DNA of 64,000 nt from Prasinococcaceae sp. CCMP 1430 (GCA_013416795.1 RQSC01000518.1:162533-226532); one strand, 5' to 3'; positions 43,688 to 53,084 are shown, counted from the first letter of the stretch. Notes: generated from the sequence alone by a model not told the origin. Translations and numbers: made by a program.

Positions 43688-44110
43688 GAAGATGAGAGAA
43701 GTCTCACTTTGATGGAGGATGTTTTTGAAGGACGGCTTTCTTTCTTTGAGGTTTTTTCTTTGGGAAGAAAGGTCTGAGAAAAGAAGGTCCAGGAAAAGTT
43801 CAAAAACCCTGTATCCGTACCTAAACCGACACTGGTGCGCGGGTCGAACAGACTCAGGCGTCGAGAGACCCATGGTTAAGGAACTCGGCAAATTCACTCC
43901 GTACGTTCGCAAGAAGGAGGGCTCCAGTCTGACTGGAGTCGCAGAAAAATGTGGCCGGGGACTGGTTATTAAAACCACAGGTCTCTGCAAAGTCGAAAGA
44001 CGACGTATAGGGACTGACGTGTGCCCAATGCCCGTCGTTGTACAGGACCGGTGTTTGCCGGAAATCGAAAACCGGGCCAATGGCTGCTGTATCACTGACA
44101 GTACTAAGGT
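43688..44110 (+). rRNA. rnl: Mitochondrial LSU rRNA exon 1, 3' part only (to E. coli position 1931); 5'-truncated at the junction
   Basis: ccgtacctaaaccgacactggt, aaggaactcggcaaa, tattaaaaccacagg, ending ...tactaaggt. Confidence 0.9.
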
Positions 44111-44235
44111 ACACCAAAGCTGCCTTCGAACAGACCACTCTATGCGGGAAAGAATCTTCACCCGCAGGACACCAACGACCCTTTAAGGTCTAGTAGGATC
44201 CTCAGAGACTCTATGTGGTCCACTCTGAATCTTTC
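44111..44235 (+). other. Group I intron L1931, 5' half (P1 to start of P8)
   Basis: P1 aaggU/Gccuu, P tatgcgggaa 44141, Q acccgcagg 44160, R tcagagactc 44202, P3 gaccac/gtggtc. Confidence 0.85.
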
Positions 44236-44291
44236 TTTCTTCTCCGACCACAGGAGAAAAGAGAAAAAACCAGAAAAAAGAACTATTCGTG

Positions 44292-45725
44292 AAAGGACGG
44301 GTTTGATCCTGGCCCAGATGGAACGCTGGCGGTGCGTCTAACACATGCAAGTCGACTGGGCAATGCTCAGGGCGTCCGGGTGAGTAATAGACAGGAAGAC
44401 TACCCAAAGGAAAAACCAAGGGAGAGAGTCCCCCGAATGTTTGGAAAGGAAGCATCCGCCTTTGGAGGGTCCTGTTTCGGATTAGGTCGTAGGTGGTTTG
44501 TGCCCATCCTAGCCGATGATCCGTCGCTGGTATGAGAGTATGATCAGCCACACTGGAACTGAAAAGGGCTCAGACCTGAAATCAGGGCAGCAGTGAAGAA
44601 TCTTGCACACTGGGGGAAACCCTGATGCAGCGACACCGCGTGAAGGAGGTTGACAGCGCACTGTTGTAAACTTCAAGACTTTCTCCTATGATGAAGGAAA
44701 AAAAGAGAAGCCCCGGCAAACTTCGTGCCAGCAGCCGCGGTAATACGAAGGGGGCGAGTGTTCATCGGAATGACTGGGCGTGAAGGGTGTCTAGGCGGAG
44801 GTGCACTCATCGGGTTAAAGCCCTGGAAGAATCGAGGAAAGGCTCGGTGAAAGGCACACTCATGGGTCTGGGAGAGGAAAACGGAAGGCTCGAGGAAGCG
44901 GTGCAATGCAGTGATCTCGAGTCGAAGGCCAATGGGCGAAGGCTGTTTTCTGGCCCAGCACCGACGCTGACGCACGAAAGCGTGGGGAGCGAAGAGGATT
45001 AGAGACCCTCGTAGTCCACAGCTGAAAACGTTGTGCTCCATCTAAGGGTTGAAAAATTCTTAGGGATCAAGGTGTACGCCGGAGAGCACCGCCTGGGGAG
45101 TACGGCGGCAGCGCTGAAACTCAAAGGAATTGACGGGGGTCCACACAAGCAGTGGAGCATGGGGCTTAATGCGATGATACGCGCAAAACCTTACCAACCC
45201 TTCCATCACACCAGTTCTGGTGATGAGGCGTACTGCATGGCTGTCGTCAGTTCGTGATTTGTGTCCTATGATTCATTTCAGAAACGAGCGAAACCCGCCT
45301 TTTCAGATTCTTTCTGACTGAAAAGACTGCCCTCGAGAAGGGGGAGGAAGGCGCGGATGACGTCAAGTCCTTATGGTCGTTATGGGTTGGGCTGCACCTG
45401 TGCTACAATGGAAGCTTCAATAGGTGATCGAAAGGGAAACCTTGAGAGAACCCTCAAAGGCTTCCTTAGTTCGGATCGGGGGCTGCAACTCGCCCTCGTG
45501 AAGGAGGAATTGCGAGTAATCGCGGATCAGAATGCCGCGGTGAACACGTACCTGGACCTTGTACACACCGCCCGTCACACTTTGGAAATTTTTCTCAGGT
45601 GAAGTACAGACATCCTTCTTTTTCTCTTTTCGAGGAAGAAAAGAACTCTGTCCCACCCTGTCAAAAGTAACTGAAGTGAAGTCGTAACAAGGTAAGGGTA
45701 GGGGAACCTGCCCTTGGAAGATGAC
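44292..45725 (+). rRNA. rns: Mitochondrial SSU rRNA
   Basis: gtttgatcctggc, gtgccagcagccgcggtaatac, aaactcaaaggaattgacggg, ttgtacacaccgcccgtca, gtcgtaacaaggta; ends approximate. Confidence 0.97.
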
Positions 45726-46354
45726 CAGAAAGAGAGGGAAAAAACCACCCTCCACTCGGAATGAGAAAGCAAAATGGTTTTGTTTGAATCTTCAAGGATT
45801 CGTAAAAAAAACACAAGAGTCTTTGAAAGAAAAAAAAGACTGAAAACCTTAAACCTTCAGTCTTCCATCATACATGCTAACGAAAGACAGCAGGTTTTTT
45901 ATAGTACTCTTATTAAAACCAAAGAAGAAGAGGGTTCAGGAGGTTTTTTCTTCTTTTGAGTGACCGCTTTCTTGGAGGGGGCGGATGCTTCTTTCCTTCT
46001 TTGGGTTCTCCGGTCTGGTTTCCCTTGTTTGCGAGCGAGAAAACATGTGTTTGTCATAAAGGAAAGGTTTTTTTTTTTGAATCATACACACCACAGAAAA
46101 AAGAGACTCAAGTCTTTGGTCAGACTTTTCTGACCCCTTAGAGATAAAATTTTTTATTTAAGAAAGGAGGTCCATACTTGAGCATATGGAAAAAAAGACA
46201 TAGACTTGACCCTATGGGAAAGGATAGACATGGTTGACCGTACGGGAAAGGATGAATATACCTGAGCTTCAGCGAAAGGGTGTGTGCTCAAGGATTTCTC
46301 AAGAAAAATCCGTTTTCAAGGGCGGTTTTTTTTTGAGACCGCCTTTATGGAATT

Positions 46355-46437
46355 GGCCCCTTTAGAAAATGAAGGAGGACAGTCTTTCGGTGGAAAAACT
46401 GTCGAGATTTCAGATGGAAAAGCGCGTCCATTCAACG
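46355..46437 (+). other. Group I intron L1931, 3' half (P8 3' strand, P7 3', P9, terminal G)
   Basis: Ends ...ttcaacG directly before the resumed rnl sequence agcgaaattcc; S-like gaaggaggacagtct is imperfect; P9-like hairpins. Confidence 0.7.
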
Positions 46438-46728
46438 AGCGAAATTCCTTGTCGCATAAGTAGCGACCCGCATGAATCACGTCACCACCGGCCAGCTGTC
46501 TCAACCATGGACTCGGTGAAATTGAAGTCCCCGTGAAGATGCGGGGTACTCACGGTAAGGCGAGAAGACCCCGTGGACCTTTACTCAAGCCCTGCATTGA
46601 GTGTCGGGACCTGTGTGCGCAGACTAGGTAGGAGCGGTATCCATAGGTTGCGGCCTAGAGGACACGCATCAGTGAGAGACTACCCACACACACCGGCGCT
46701 CTCACCCTGTGGACAGTGCATGGTGGAG

Positions 46729-46768
<40 letters not shown>

Positions 46769-46990
46769 TGTATGCAAGGTAGGCTCACCCCGGACGGCAA
46801 CCGGGCGAGTGGGGAGAATGCCCTATGCCTGCTTGACTGTAAGATGGGCACATCGAGCAGAGACGAAAGTCGATCATACTGAACCGGAGTTTCCTTGTGG
46901 AAGGGGCTTCGCTCAACGGATCAAAGGTACCCCGGGGATAACAGGCTTATACTTCCCGAGAGCTCGAATCGACGGAAGTGTTTGGCACCT
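46438..46990 (+). rRNA. rnl: Mitochondrial LSU rRNA exon 2 (E. coli 1932-2500)
   Basis: agcgaaattccttgtc...gtttgactggggcggtcgcctcctaaa...ggggataacaggct...tttggcacct. Confidence 0.93.
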
Positions 46991-47270
46991 CACACATCGG
47001 GGCAAAGAAGAAACCTTCTTTGATGAAGGCAGAATGCGGGAACCTTCAGAACGAACAATCCGCAGGAAAGAGTGGTCTTTCCTCAACGACTCAACGCCTT
47101 CCTTTCTTTGAAGTGGGGTGACCCACACACAAAGAGAGAAGAGAGAGTCTTTCTTTTCTTGAAAAAGAAAAACGGTCGTCGACCCAAAGACGAACGCACA
47201 CAGAAAAAACATCCTTTCAAAAAAAAGACTTTTTTCCCTGTCTTTTCCTTTGAAGGATAAATAAAAAATA
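46991..47270 (+). other. Group I intron L2500, 5' portion (P1 through P7/P9); 3' limit approximate
   Basis: IGS acatcg/ggg, P aatgcgggaa 47033, Q aatccgcagg 47057, R tcaacgactc 47083, S aagagagagtct 47139; P7 GACTC/GAGTC. Confidence 0.87.
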
Positions 47271-47289
47271 TATCTACTACCTTTCTTTT

Positions 47290-48447
47290 TCATTGAACCT
47301 TCCATCGAAGAAGGAGGTTTTCAAGGCGTCCAAGGACCGGGGTCAGCACAAGGAAGTAGAAAAAGAAGTAAAAGGTCAAAATTTGACCGATTTCAAGGTA
47401 GGGGGACTCGACAGGCATCGCACCAATCCATCCAAGAAGAAGGGCGGTGGCCACAAAGGACCAGTACGCCATTGCTGCCAATGGTCGGAAGGCGTTTGAT
47501 CGAACAGATGCTGTATGAAGCCAAGGCATGAGTCCGAGGCAGACAAAGGTTGCAATCATTGCCACAACCCCAAGAAGTTTGTCTGGAATAGACCGAAGAA
47601 CAGCGTAAAAAGGAAGGACGTAGAACTCTGGAACAATGTGTGCAGGGGTACTCAAAGGGTTTGCTGGAATGTAGTTATCCGCATGCCCCAAATAGTTGGG
47701 TGCATAATGGACAAAGCAAGAGAAAATAATTGCAAAGACCAACCAGGCCACAAGGTCTTTCACATAGAAAAGAGGGTACAAAGGATGCTTGTCTGTGTGT
47801 GAGGGAACTCCCACAGGGTTGTTTGACCCATACTGGTGAAGGGCTGCAATGTGAAGGATAGAAAGTCCAGCAATCACAAAGGGAAGAAGGTAGTGAAGGC
47901 TAAAGAATCGGTTCAAGGTTGCGTTATCCACGGAAAACCCTCCCCACAGCCAGACAACAACGTCATTTCCTACAATTGGAATAACGGATGCAAGGCTGGT
48001 AATCACCGTTGCTCCCCACAGAGACATCTGCCCCCAAGGCAAGACATACCCAATAAAGGCTGTCAAAATCATCAAAAGAAGGAGGACAACCCCAAGAACC
48101 CACACGAGTTCTCGTGGACTTGTGTAAGACCCATAATAGAGTCCTCGAAGAATATGAATATAGACGACGATGAAAAACATTCCGGCTCCATTTGCGTGAA
48201 GATACCGGAGGAACCACCCTCCTTCAACATCTCGCATAATATGCTCAACGCTCGAAAAGGCAAGGTCCACGTGGGGAGTATAATGCATTGCAAGGAAGAT
48301 TCCACTTGCAATTTGGATCCCAAGGCAGATTCCTGCAAGAGATCCGAATCCCCACATATAGGTCAAATTCGAAGGGGTCGGGTAATCACTCACGTGATCA
48401 TTCACCACACTCAAGACTGGTTGAGTGATCAAGGCTGATCGACGCAT
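47290..48447 (-). CDS. cob: Apocytochrome b (possible upstream in-frame ATG at 48618)
   Basis: [45 protein letters not shown] (PEWY-equivalent). Confidence 0.98.
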   Translation of the reverse strand: MRRSALITQPVLSVVNDHVSDYPTPSNLTYMWGFGSLAGICLGIQIASGIFLAMHYTPHVDLAFSSVEHIMRDVEGGWFLRYLHANGAGMFFIVVYIHILRGLYYGSYTSPRELVWVLGVVLLLLMILTAFIGYVLPWGQMSLWGATVITSLASVIPIVGNDVVVWLWGGFSVDNATLNRFFSLHYLLPFVIAGLSILHIAALHQYGSNNPVGVPSHTDKHPLYPLFYVKDLVAWLVFAIIFSCFVHYAPNYLGHADNYIPANPLSTPAHIVPEFYVLPFYAVLRSIPDKLLGVVAMIATFVCLGLMPWLHTASVRSNAFRPLAAMAYWSFVATALLLGWIGAMPVESPYLEIGQILTFYFFFYFLVLTPVLGRLENLLLRWKVQ

Positions 48448-48756
48448 GAAAGGAGTCGGTCGGTGGTTTTCAGTCATCGGTCCGAAGGCTCCTTTTCCAA
48501 AGGCTTCTGTGTCTTGGATGGGTGCATCCCACAAAGGGGCCATTGAAAGGGGTGCGGTAGACGCAGGAAGAAGGGTTGTTTTGTTCCGTGTTCCTGAAAG
48601 TTTCACAAAGGTTGACATAAATCATGAAAAGAATGGAAAGATCATCCCAAGAGATCTCTTTTTTTCTTCTTTTTTTGAAAGATAGAGAGACTTTTTTTTT
48701 CCTGGGAAAAGAGAGTGAGAAAGGAAGAAAGAAAAAGAAAAGATACATTTTTGCTT

Positions 48757-49170
48757 AGGGTTAAAAACTCGTAGAGAGCCTTCTTAGTACAAACTCGCTT
48801 TTCGGTGTACCCGAGACACACGGTTTGCCTATTCTGCGGTGGTCTTCCGCCAGCGCTGATATGTCGTGTCAAAGCTGGTTTCGGGCTTCAGACGCACTCA
48901 GCCCTTCTCCTTTCCGGACGTAGATTCTCTGCCTTGCAGTGGGACTACAACAGACACCCCAGAGGTCCGTTCCACTCGGTCCTCTCGTACTAGAGTGAAA
49001 GCTTCTCACATATACGTCTGGACTCAGTCTGAGTCCAGGGTGTACCCTCACGGTAGGTAGAAACCAAACTGTCTTACGACGTTCTAAACCCATCCGCGTC
49101 CTGTATTAATCGGCGAACAGCCGAACCCTTCGCACCTTCTGCAGCACGAGGACACAGGGAGACGACATCG
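48757..49170 (-). rRNA. rnl: Mitochondrial LSU rRNA exon 3 (E. coli 2501 to 3' end), on the opposite strand
   Basis: Minus strand reads cgatgtcg...ggctgttcgcc...gggtttagaacgtcgtaagacag...gtactaa...ttaaccct. Confidence 0.92.
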
Positions 49171-49200
49171 CGTGTGTGTGCAAGAGAAAGACTGAACCTT
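49171..49200 (-). other. Group I intron L2500, short 3' piece ending in terminal G; 5' limit unknown
   Basis: ...cacacacacG immediately precedes exon 3 cgatgt, which pairs with IGS acatcg at 46994-46999 (P10). Confidence 0.7.
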
Positions 49201-49291
49201 GCGAGAAACCCTTCCTTTATGACAAAGAAAGAAAACCCTTTGCCTATGACAGACAAAGAAAGCCCTCCATCTTTCAGATAAAGAAGGACCC

Positions 49292-49678
49292 TCATTTCCG
49301 ATAATTCTTTGGGTGGGGACACCCATACTTCGACCGTCCTTTCCGCCGTTCAAAGACAGGAAGAAAGTCTTCCTTTGCTCGGACGCAATGGTATTTCACT
49401 CCTGGAAGGTCCTTGACTCGACCCCCTCGAAGAAGAACGTGGGAGTGTTCCTGAAGGGTATGAAAGATCCCTGGAATATAGGCCAACACAGTCTTTCCTG
49501 TGGAAAGTTTTACCTTGGTGATCTTTCGTTGGGCCGAGTTTGGTTTCTTTGGTTTGATCACGTACACCTTCAGACAGATTCCTTTCCGAAAGGGAGACCC
49601 TTCAAAGGCTGGAACGGTAGACTTTTTCTCGGCTTTCATTCGAGGAGCAGTCTTCAAAAGTTGACGAAGAGAGGGCAT
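49292..49678 (-). CDS. rps12: Ribosomal protein S12
   Basis: [11 protein letters not shown]...[36 protein letters not shown]. Confidence 0.97.
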   Translation of the reverse strand: MPSLRQLLKTAPRMKAEKKSTVPAFEGSPFRKGICLKVYVIKPKKPNSAQRKITKVKLSTGKTVLAYIPGIFHTLQEHSHVLLRGGRVKDLPGVKYHCVRAKEDFLPVFERRKGRSKYGCPHPKNYRK

Positions 49679-49721
49679 AGATCGAAGAGAAGATATCTGA
49701 AGTATCCTTTCTGGAAAGAAA

Positions 49722-49793
49722 CTGGAGTAGAAGGGATCGAACCTTCGCATGTCGGTACCAAAAACCGATGCCTTACCACTTGGCTATACTCCA
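49722..49793 (-). tRNA. trnQ: tRNA-Gln(UUG)
   Basis: Cloverleaf; anticodon arm tcggt-ttTTGgt-accga. Confidence 0.93.
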
Positions 49794-49940
49794 GTCTTTG
49801 ATTTTCTTCTGCTTCAAATGGAAAAAAATCAAAGAAAGGGTTTCCTGTATACTCAAGTATGTGTATCCTTTCCCAAAGGGCGGTCGCTGGGCAACCTTCA
49901 TAGATAGGGTTAACCGGGTTTATAGAGGAAGTCTCCTGTG

Positions 49941-50012
49941 GTGGGTATAGCTCAGTGGTTAGAGCGTCTGTTTGTGGTATAGAAAGCGCGGGTTCGATTC
50001 CCGCTATCCGCC
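49941..50012 (+). tRNA. trnH: tRNA-His(GUG)
   Basis: Cloverleaf; arm tctgt-ttGTGgt-ataga; G at position -1. Confidence 0.92.
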
Positions 50013-50025
50013 CTTCCTTCAAGGT

Positions 50026-50096
50026 GGTCGTGTGGTCCAGGGGTAAGACAGGAGCCTGCAAAGCTCTTAACGGCGGTTCGACTCCGCCCACGGCCT
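50026..50096 (+). tRNA. trnC: tRNA-Cys(GCA)
   Basis: Cloverleaf; arm ggagc-ctGCAaa-gctct. Confidence 0.92.
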
Positions 50097-50299
50097 TTCT
50101 TTCGATCACCCAAACCCTCTTTCAGAAAATCCTGGTGGTCGAGAGAAAGGGTCTTCTAAAAAAAAAACATACTTGACCGCCTTTTCGGAAGCCCTTTTTT
50201 CTTGGAAAAGGTTTTTGTTTTTTCTTTCTGACAAGGAAACCCTTCGTCTGACCAACAAAGAAAATCCTTCATCTTTGTTTTTCCTTTGTTTTTTTGTTT

Positions 50300-50929
50300 A
50301 TGCCATCTACTCTTCCAATCGCTGGATTCGACCGACTTCTTTCAAAACTTTCTCCTAAGGCAGCCCAAGAACTTGCGGGTGGACCTGGTCTTACCCTTGC
50401 CTATGCTCTTCCAACCTCAGTGGACGGAATCCTTCTTCAGGATACCCACCTTCAGATTCACCTTCGACCAAGTCAGTTGAAGGTTGTTCTTCGGTACCTT
50501 CGAGATGAGGAAAGTCTTCAGTACACAACGTTGACTGCGATAAACGTGGTTGATCGACCAACTGCAGCCCTCCGGTTTGGTGTGGTCTACCAACTCCTTT
50601 CCTATACCTTGGAACACCGCCTTCAAGTGATCTGTCTTGTGAATGACCATGAGTCTCTTCCGAGTGTGGTTGATTTGTATCCGAGTGCCCAATGGTCCGA
50701 GTGTGAGAACTGGGATATGTTTGGAATCCATACCTTGGATCACCCAAACCTGTATCGCCTTCTCACAGACTATGGGTTTGAGGGCCATCCCTTGCGAAAG
50801 GATTACCCTCTCTCTGGGTTTACTGAGGTTCGATACGACGAAGACCTTCAACAAGTTGTGAGCACTCCTGTCGAACTCGCTCAGGAATATCGAGTCTTTG
50901 ATTATGCTTCTCCTTGGAAAACCTTTTGA
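50300..50929 (+). CDS. nad9: NADH dehydrogenase subunit 9
   Basis: RFGVVYQLLS, WSECENWDMFGI, RLLTDYGFEGHPLRKDYPLSGFTEVRYD. Confidence 0.97.
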   Translation: MPSTLPIAGFDRLLSKLSPKAAQELAGGPGLTLAYALPTSVDGILLQDTHLQIHLRPSQLKVVLRYLRDEESLQYTTLTAINVVDRPTAALRFGVVYQLLSYTLEHRLQVICLVNDHESLPSVVDLYPSAQWSECENWDMFGIHTLDHPNLYRLLTDYGFEGHPLRKDYPLSGFTEVRYDEDLQQVVSTPVELAQEYRVFDYASPWKTF

Positions 50930-51082
50930 AAGAGAGAACCCTTCCTGAAAACAACCTTCTCAAAAAGAATTCTTGTATGGTTTTTTCCAAAAAAAAGACA
51001 CATACTTGAAAATACGCGAAAGGATAGATATACTTGACTGTATGGGAAAGGATGAACATACTTGAGAATAAGCGAAAGGGGT

Positions 51083-51171
51083 GGAAAAGTGGCTGAGTGG
51101 ACGATAGCGCTGGTTTGCTAAATCAGTATACCGAGTCTTCGGTATCATGGGTTCGAATCCCATCTTTTCCG
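51083..51171 (+). tRNA. trnS: tRNA-Ser(GCU)
   Basis: Cloverleaf with long variable arm; ctggt-ttGCTaa-atcag. Confidence 0.93.
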
Positions 51172-51198
51172 GCACCCTTTCTCTTTGACAGAGAAGGC

Positions 51199-51271
51199 GG
51201 GGGTATAACTCAGTTGGTAGAGTGTTTGCTTTGCACGCAAGAAGCCATCGGTTCGAATCCGGTTATCTCCA
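51199..51271 (+). tRNA. trnA: tRNA-Ala(UGC)
   Basis: Cloverleaf; loop ttTGCac; G3:U70 pair. Confidence 0.92.
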
Positions 51272-51369
51272 CTTTGGTTTCTCGGAACCGAAGGGTTTGT
51301 TTCTGAGAGACTTTTTTCAACCAAGACCTTCTTTCTCAGGGTGTACACAGGTGAGCGTCTGCGAAAAAG

Positions 51370-51441
51370 GCCCTTATGGCTCAGTGGTAGAGCGCACCCA
51401 TGGTAAGGGTGAGGCCCCGAGTTCGATCCTCGGTAAGGGCT
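51370..51441 (+). tRNA. trnT: tRNA-Thr(GGU)
   Basis: Cloverleaf; caccc-atGGTaa-gggtg. Confidence 0.92.
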
Positions 51442-51601
51442 CCCCCTTCTTGAAATCTTTTCTTGGGTTCAAAGGTGGATCAAAAAAGTCTTTTCTTTTA
51501 AAGACAGGGTGACTGACCTTTTCTTTGGTTTCTAAGAACCGAAAAAGACACAGACTTGAGGGTCTGCGCGAAGGATGGACATACTTGAGCGTCTGCGAAA
51601 A

Positions 51602-51674
51602 GGGTGCTTAGCTCAGTTGGTAGAGTGTGTCCCTTACAAGGATACTGTCAGCGGTTCGAGTCCGTTAGCACCTA
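51602..51674 (+). tRNA. trnV: tRNA-Val(UAC)
   Basis: Cloverleaf; tgtcc-ctTACaa-ggata. Confidence 0.92.
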
Positions 51675-51854
51675 CAAAAAACCTTCTTTCTCGGGAAAAA
51701 AGAAAAAAGACAGATTTTTGACCCTCTGGGAAAGGATGGGTATACTTGAGGGTCTGCGAGAAGGGTATCCATCCTTGAGCGTTTGCGAGAAGGGAAGAAG
51801 GTGAAAGAGTCTTCCCTTTTGTTTTTTCCTCTCTCCTTTTTTTTCATCTTTTTT

Positions 51855-52205
51855 ATGGATTTTGGTTCTGTTTTTGTTCTTCTCTTGATTGCCGCTGTTC
51901 TTGCCCTTGCTATTCTTGCTGCCTCCCTTCTTGTGGGTCAACCTCGACGAGCAGACATTGATACCGAAGCTGCCTATGAGTGTGGGTTCGAGCCCTTTGA
52001 TGATGCTCGAGGCCGGTTTGATATTAAGTTTTACTTGGTCGCCATTCTTTTCATTATCTTTGATTTGGAGGTTTCCTTCCTTTTCCCTTGGGCTCTTTCT
52101 CTCAGTCACACAGGAATCTTTGGGTTTTATGTGATGATGGTCTTTCTCGGTGTGCTGACCGTGGGATTCGTCTACGAGTGGACCAAAGGTGCCCTTGATT
52201 GGTGA
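51855..52205 (+). CDS. nad3: NADH dehydrogenase subunit 3
   Basis: [38 protein letters not shown]. Confidence 0.98.
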   Translation: MDFGSVFVLLLIAAVLALAILAASLLVGQPRRADIDTEAAYECGFEPFDDARGRFDIKFYLVAILFIIFDLEVSFLFPWALSLSHTGIFGFYVMMVFLGVLTVGFVYEWTKGALDW

Positions 52206-52234
52206 AGATTCTTTTTCCTTTCTTTTTTTGCTCG

Positions 52235-52306
52235 GGAGACGTACTTCAGTGGTAGAAGGCCCGCCTGTCACGCGGGAGGCCGCCGGTTCGAATCCGGTCG
52301 TTTCCG
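52235..52306 (+). tRNA. trnD: tRNA-Asp(GUC)
   Basis: Cloverleaf; cccgc-ctGTCac-gcggg. Confidence 0.93.
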
Positions 52307-52338
52307 GATGCTATAAAAAATAGAATAAAATCAAAGAA

Positions 52339-52842
52339 TCACTTCTTTTTTCCTTTTGATTTTTTGGACCCATTTGACTTTCCACTCAGGCTCTGGGCTG
52401 CGGTTTGAAAGTAAAGACTTTCAGGAAAGGTCTGTACCCCTGCGTCTGACCCGTAGGCCCCAGAAACTGCAATCGATGCTTGAAGAGGAGCTTGTCCTGC
52501 TTGTTCGAAAATTTCCTTTTGGAAAGCCTTTTTCCAAACCGCATCAATGTCAACAATTTGAAGCTGGAAGGTGTCAAAAGCGGTTGCCAAAGCATGAACA
52601 GACTTTTGTGCATGATCCGTATGGGCTTCAAGGCTTTGTGTAAAGGTATTCATGCTGGTAAGGTCTGAACCAAGGGATTCAACTTCCAAAAGAGAAGAAT
52701 CAACCTCTTGGGCAGCTCGAGTTTTCAAAAGAGTTCCAGTTGTTGGAAGAAGAGAGTGGACAGAAAATACGTAGTAGGTTCCTACCACAAGGGTAAGCCA
52801 CATAAATTGGGCAGCGTACGACACAAGATCGAGTTGAGGCAT
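52339..52842 (-). CDS. atp8: ATP synthase subunit 8 (167 aa, long protist/plant type)
   Basis: Starts MPQLD followed by QF.W and a TM segment. Confidence 0.9.
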   Translation of the reverse strand: MPQLDLVSYAAQFMWLTLVVGTYYVFSVHSLLPTTGTLLKTRAAQEVDSSLLEVESLGSDLTSMNTFTQSLEAHTDHAQKSVHALATAFDTFQLQIVDIDAVWKKAFQKEIFEQAGQAPLQASIAVSGAYGSDAGVQTFPESLYFQTAAQSLSGKSNGSKKSKGKKK

Positions 52843-52978
52843 AAGAAAAACAAAGAAAAGGGAGAAAAAACACACAAGGGGTAAAACCAGGACCCTCTTG
52901 GTCTCTGCCTTCTCGAAAGGAAAGAAGGCGCCCTCCAACGAAGCCCATACACACGGTTTTCTTGGGCCGAAGGGTGTG

Positions 52979-53061
52979 TGAGAAGAGTAGGATTCGAACC
53001 TACGAAGACTTTCGTCCGCGGATTTACAATCAGCTCCAATTGACCACTCTGGCACCTTCTC
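52979..53061 (-). tRNA. trnY: tRNA-Tyr(GUA)
   Basis: Cloverleaf with variable arm; loop ttGTAaa. Confidence 0.9.
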
Positions 53062-53084
53062 GGGTGGGAAAAAAGAAAACCTTC

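Noticed and set aside
45726-46360. Homing endonuclease (LAGLIDADG) remnant or 5S rRNA in the rns-exon 2 spacer
   Set aside because: Only short low-complexity ORFs; no LAGLIDADG motif and no recognisable 5S consensus.
46172-51800. CRISPR-like array (spaced ~29-nt repeats)
   Set aside because: Units are degenerate and directly tandem with no unique spacers; organellar context and no cas genes.
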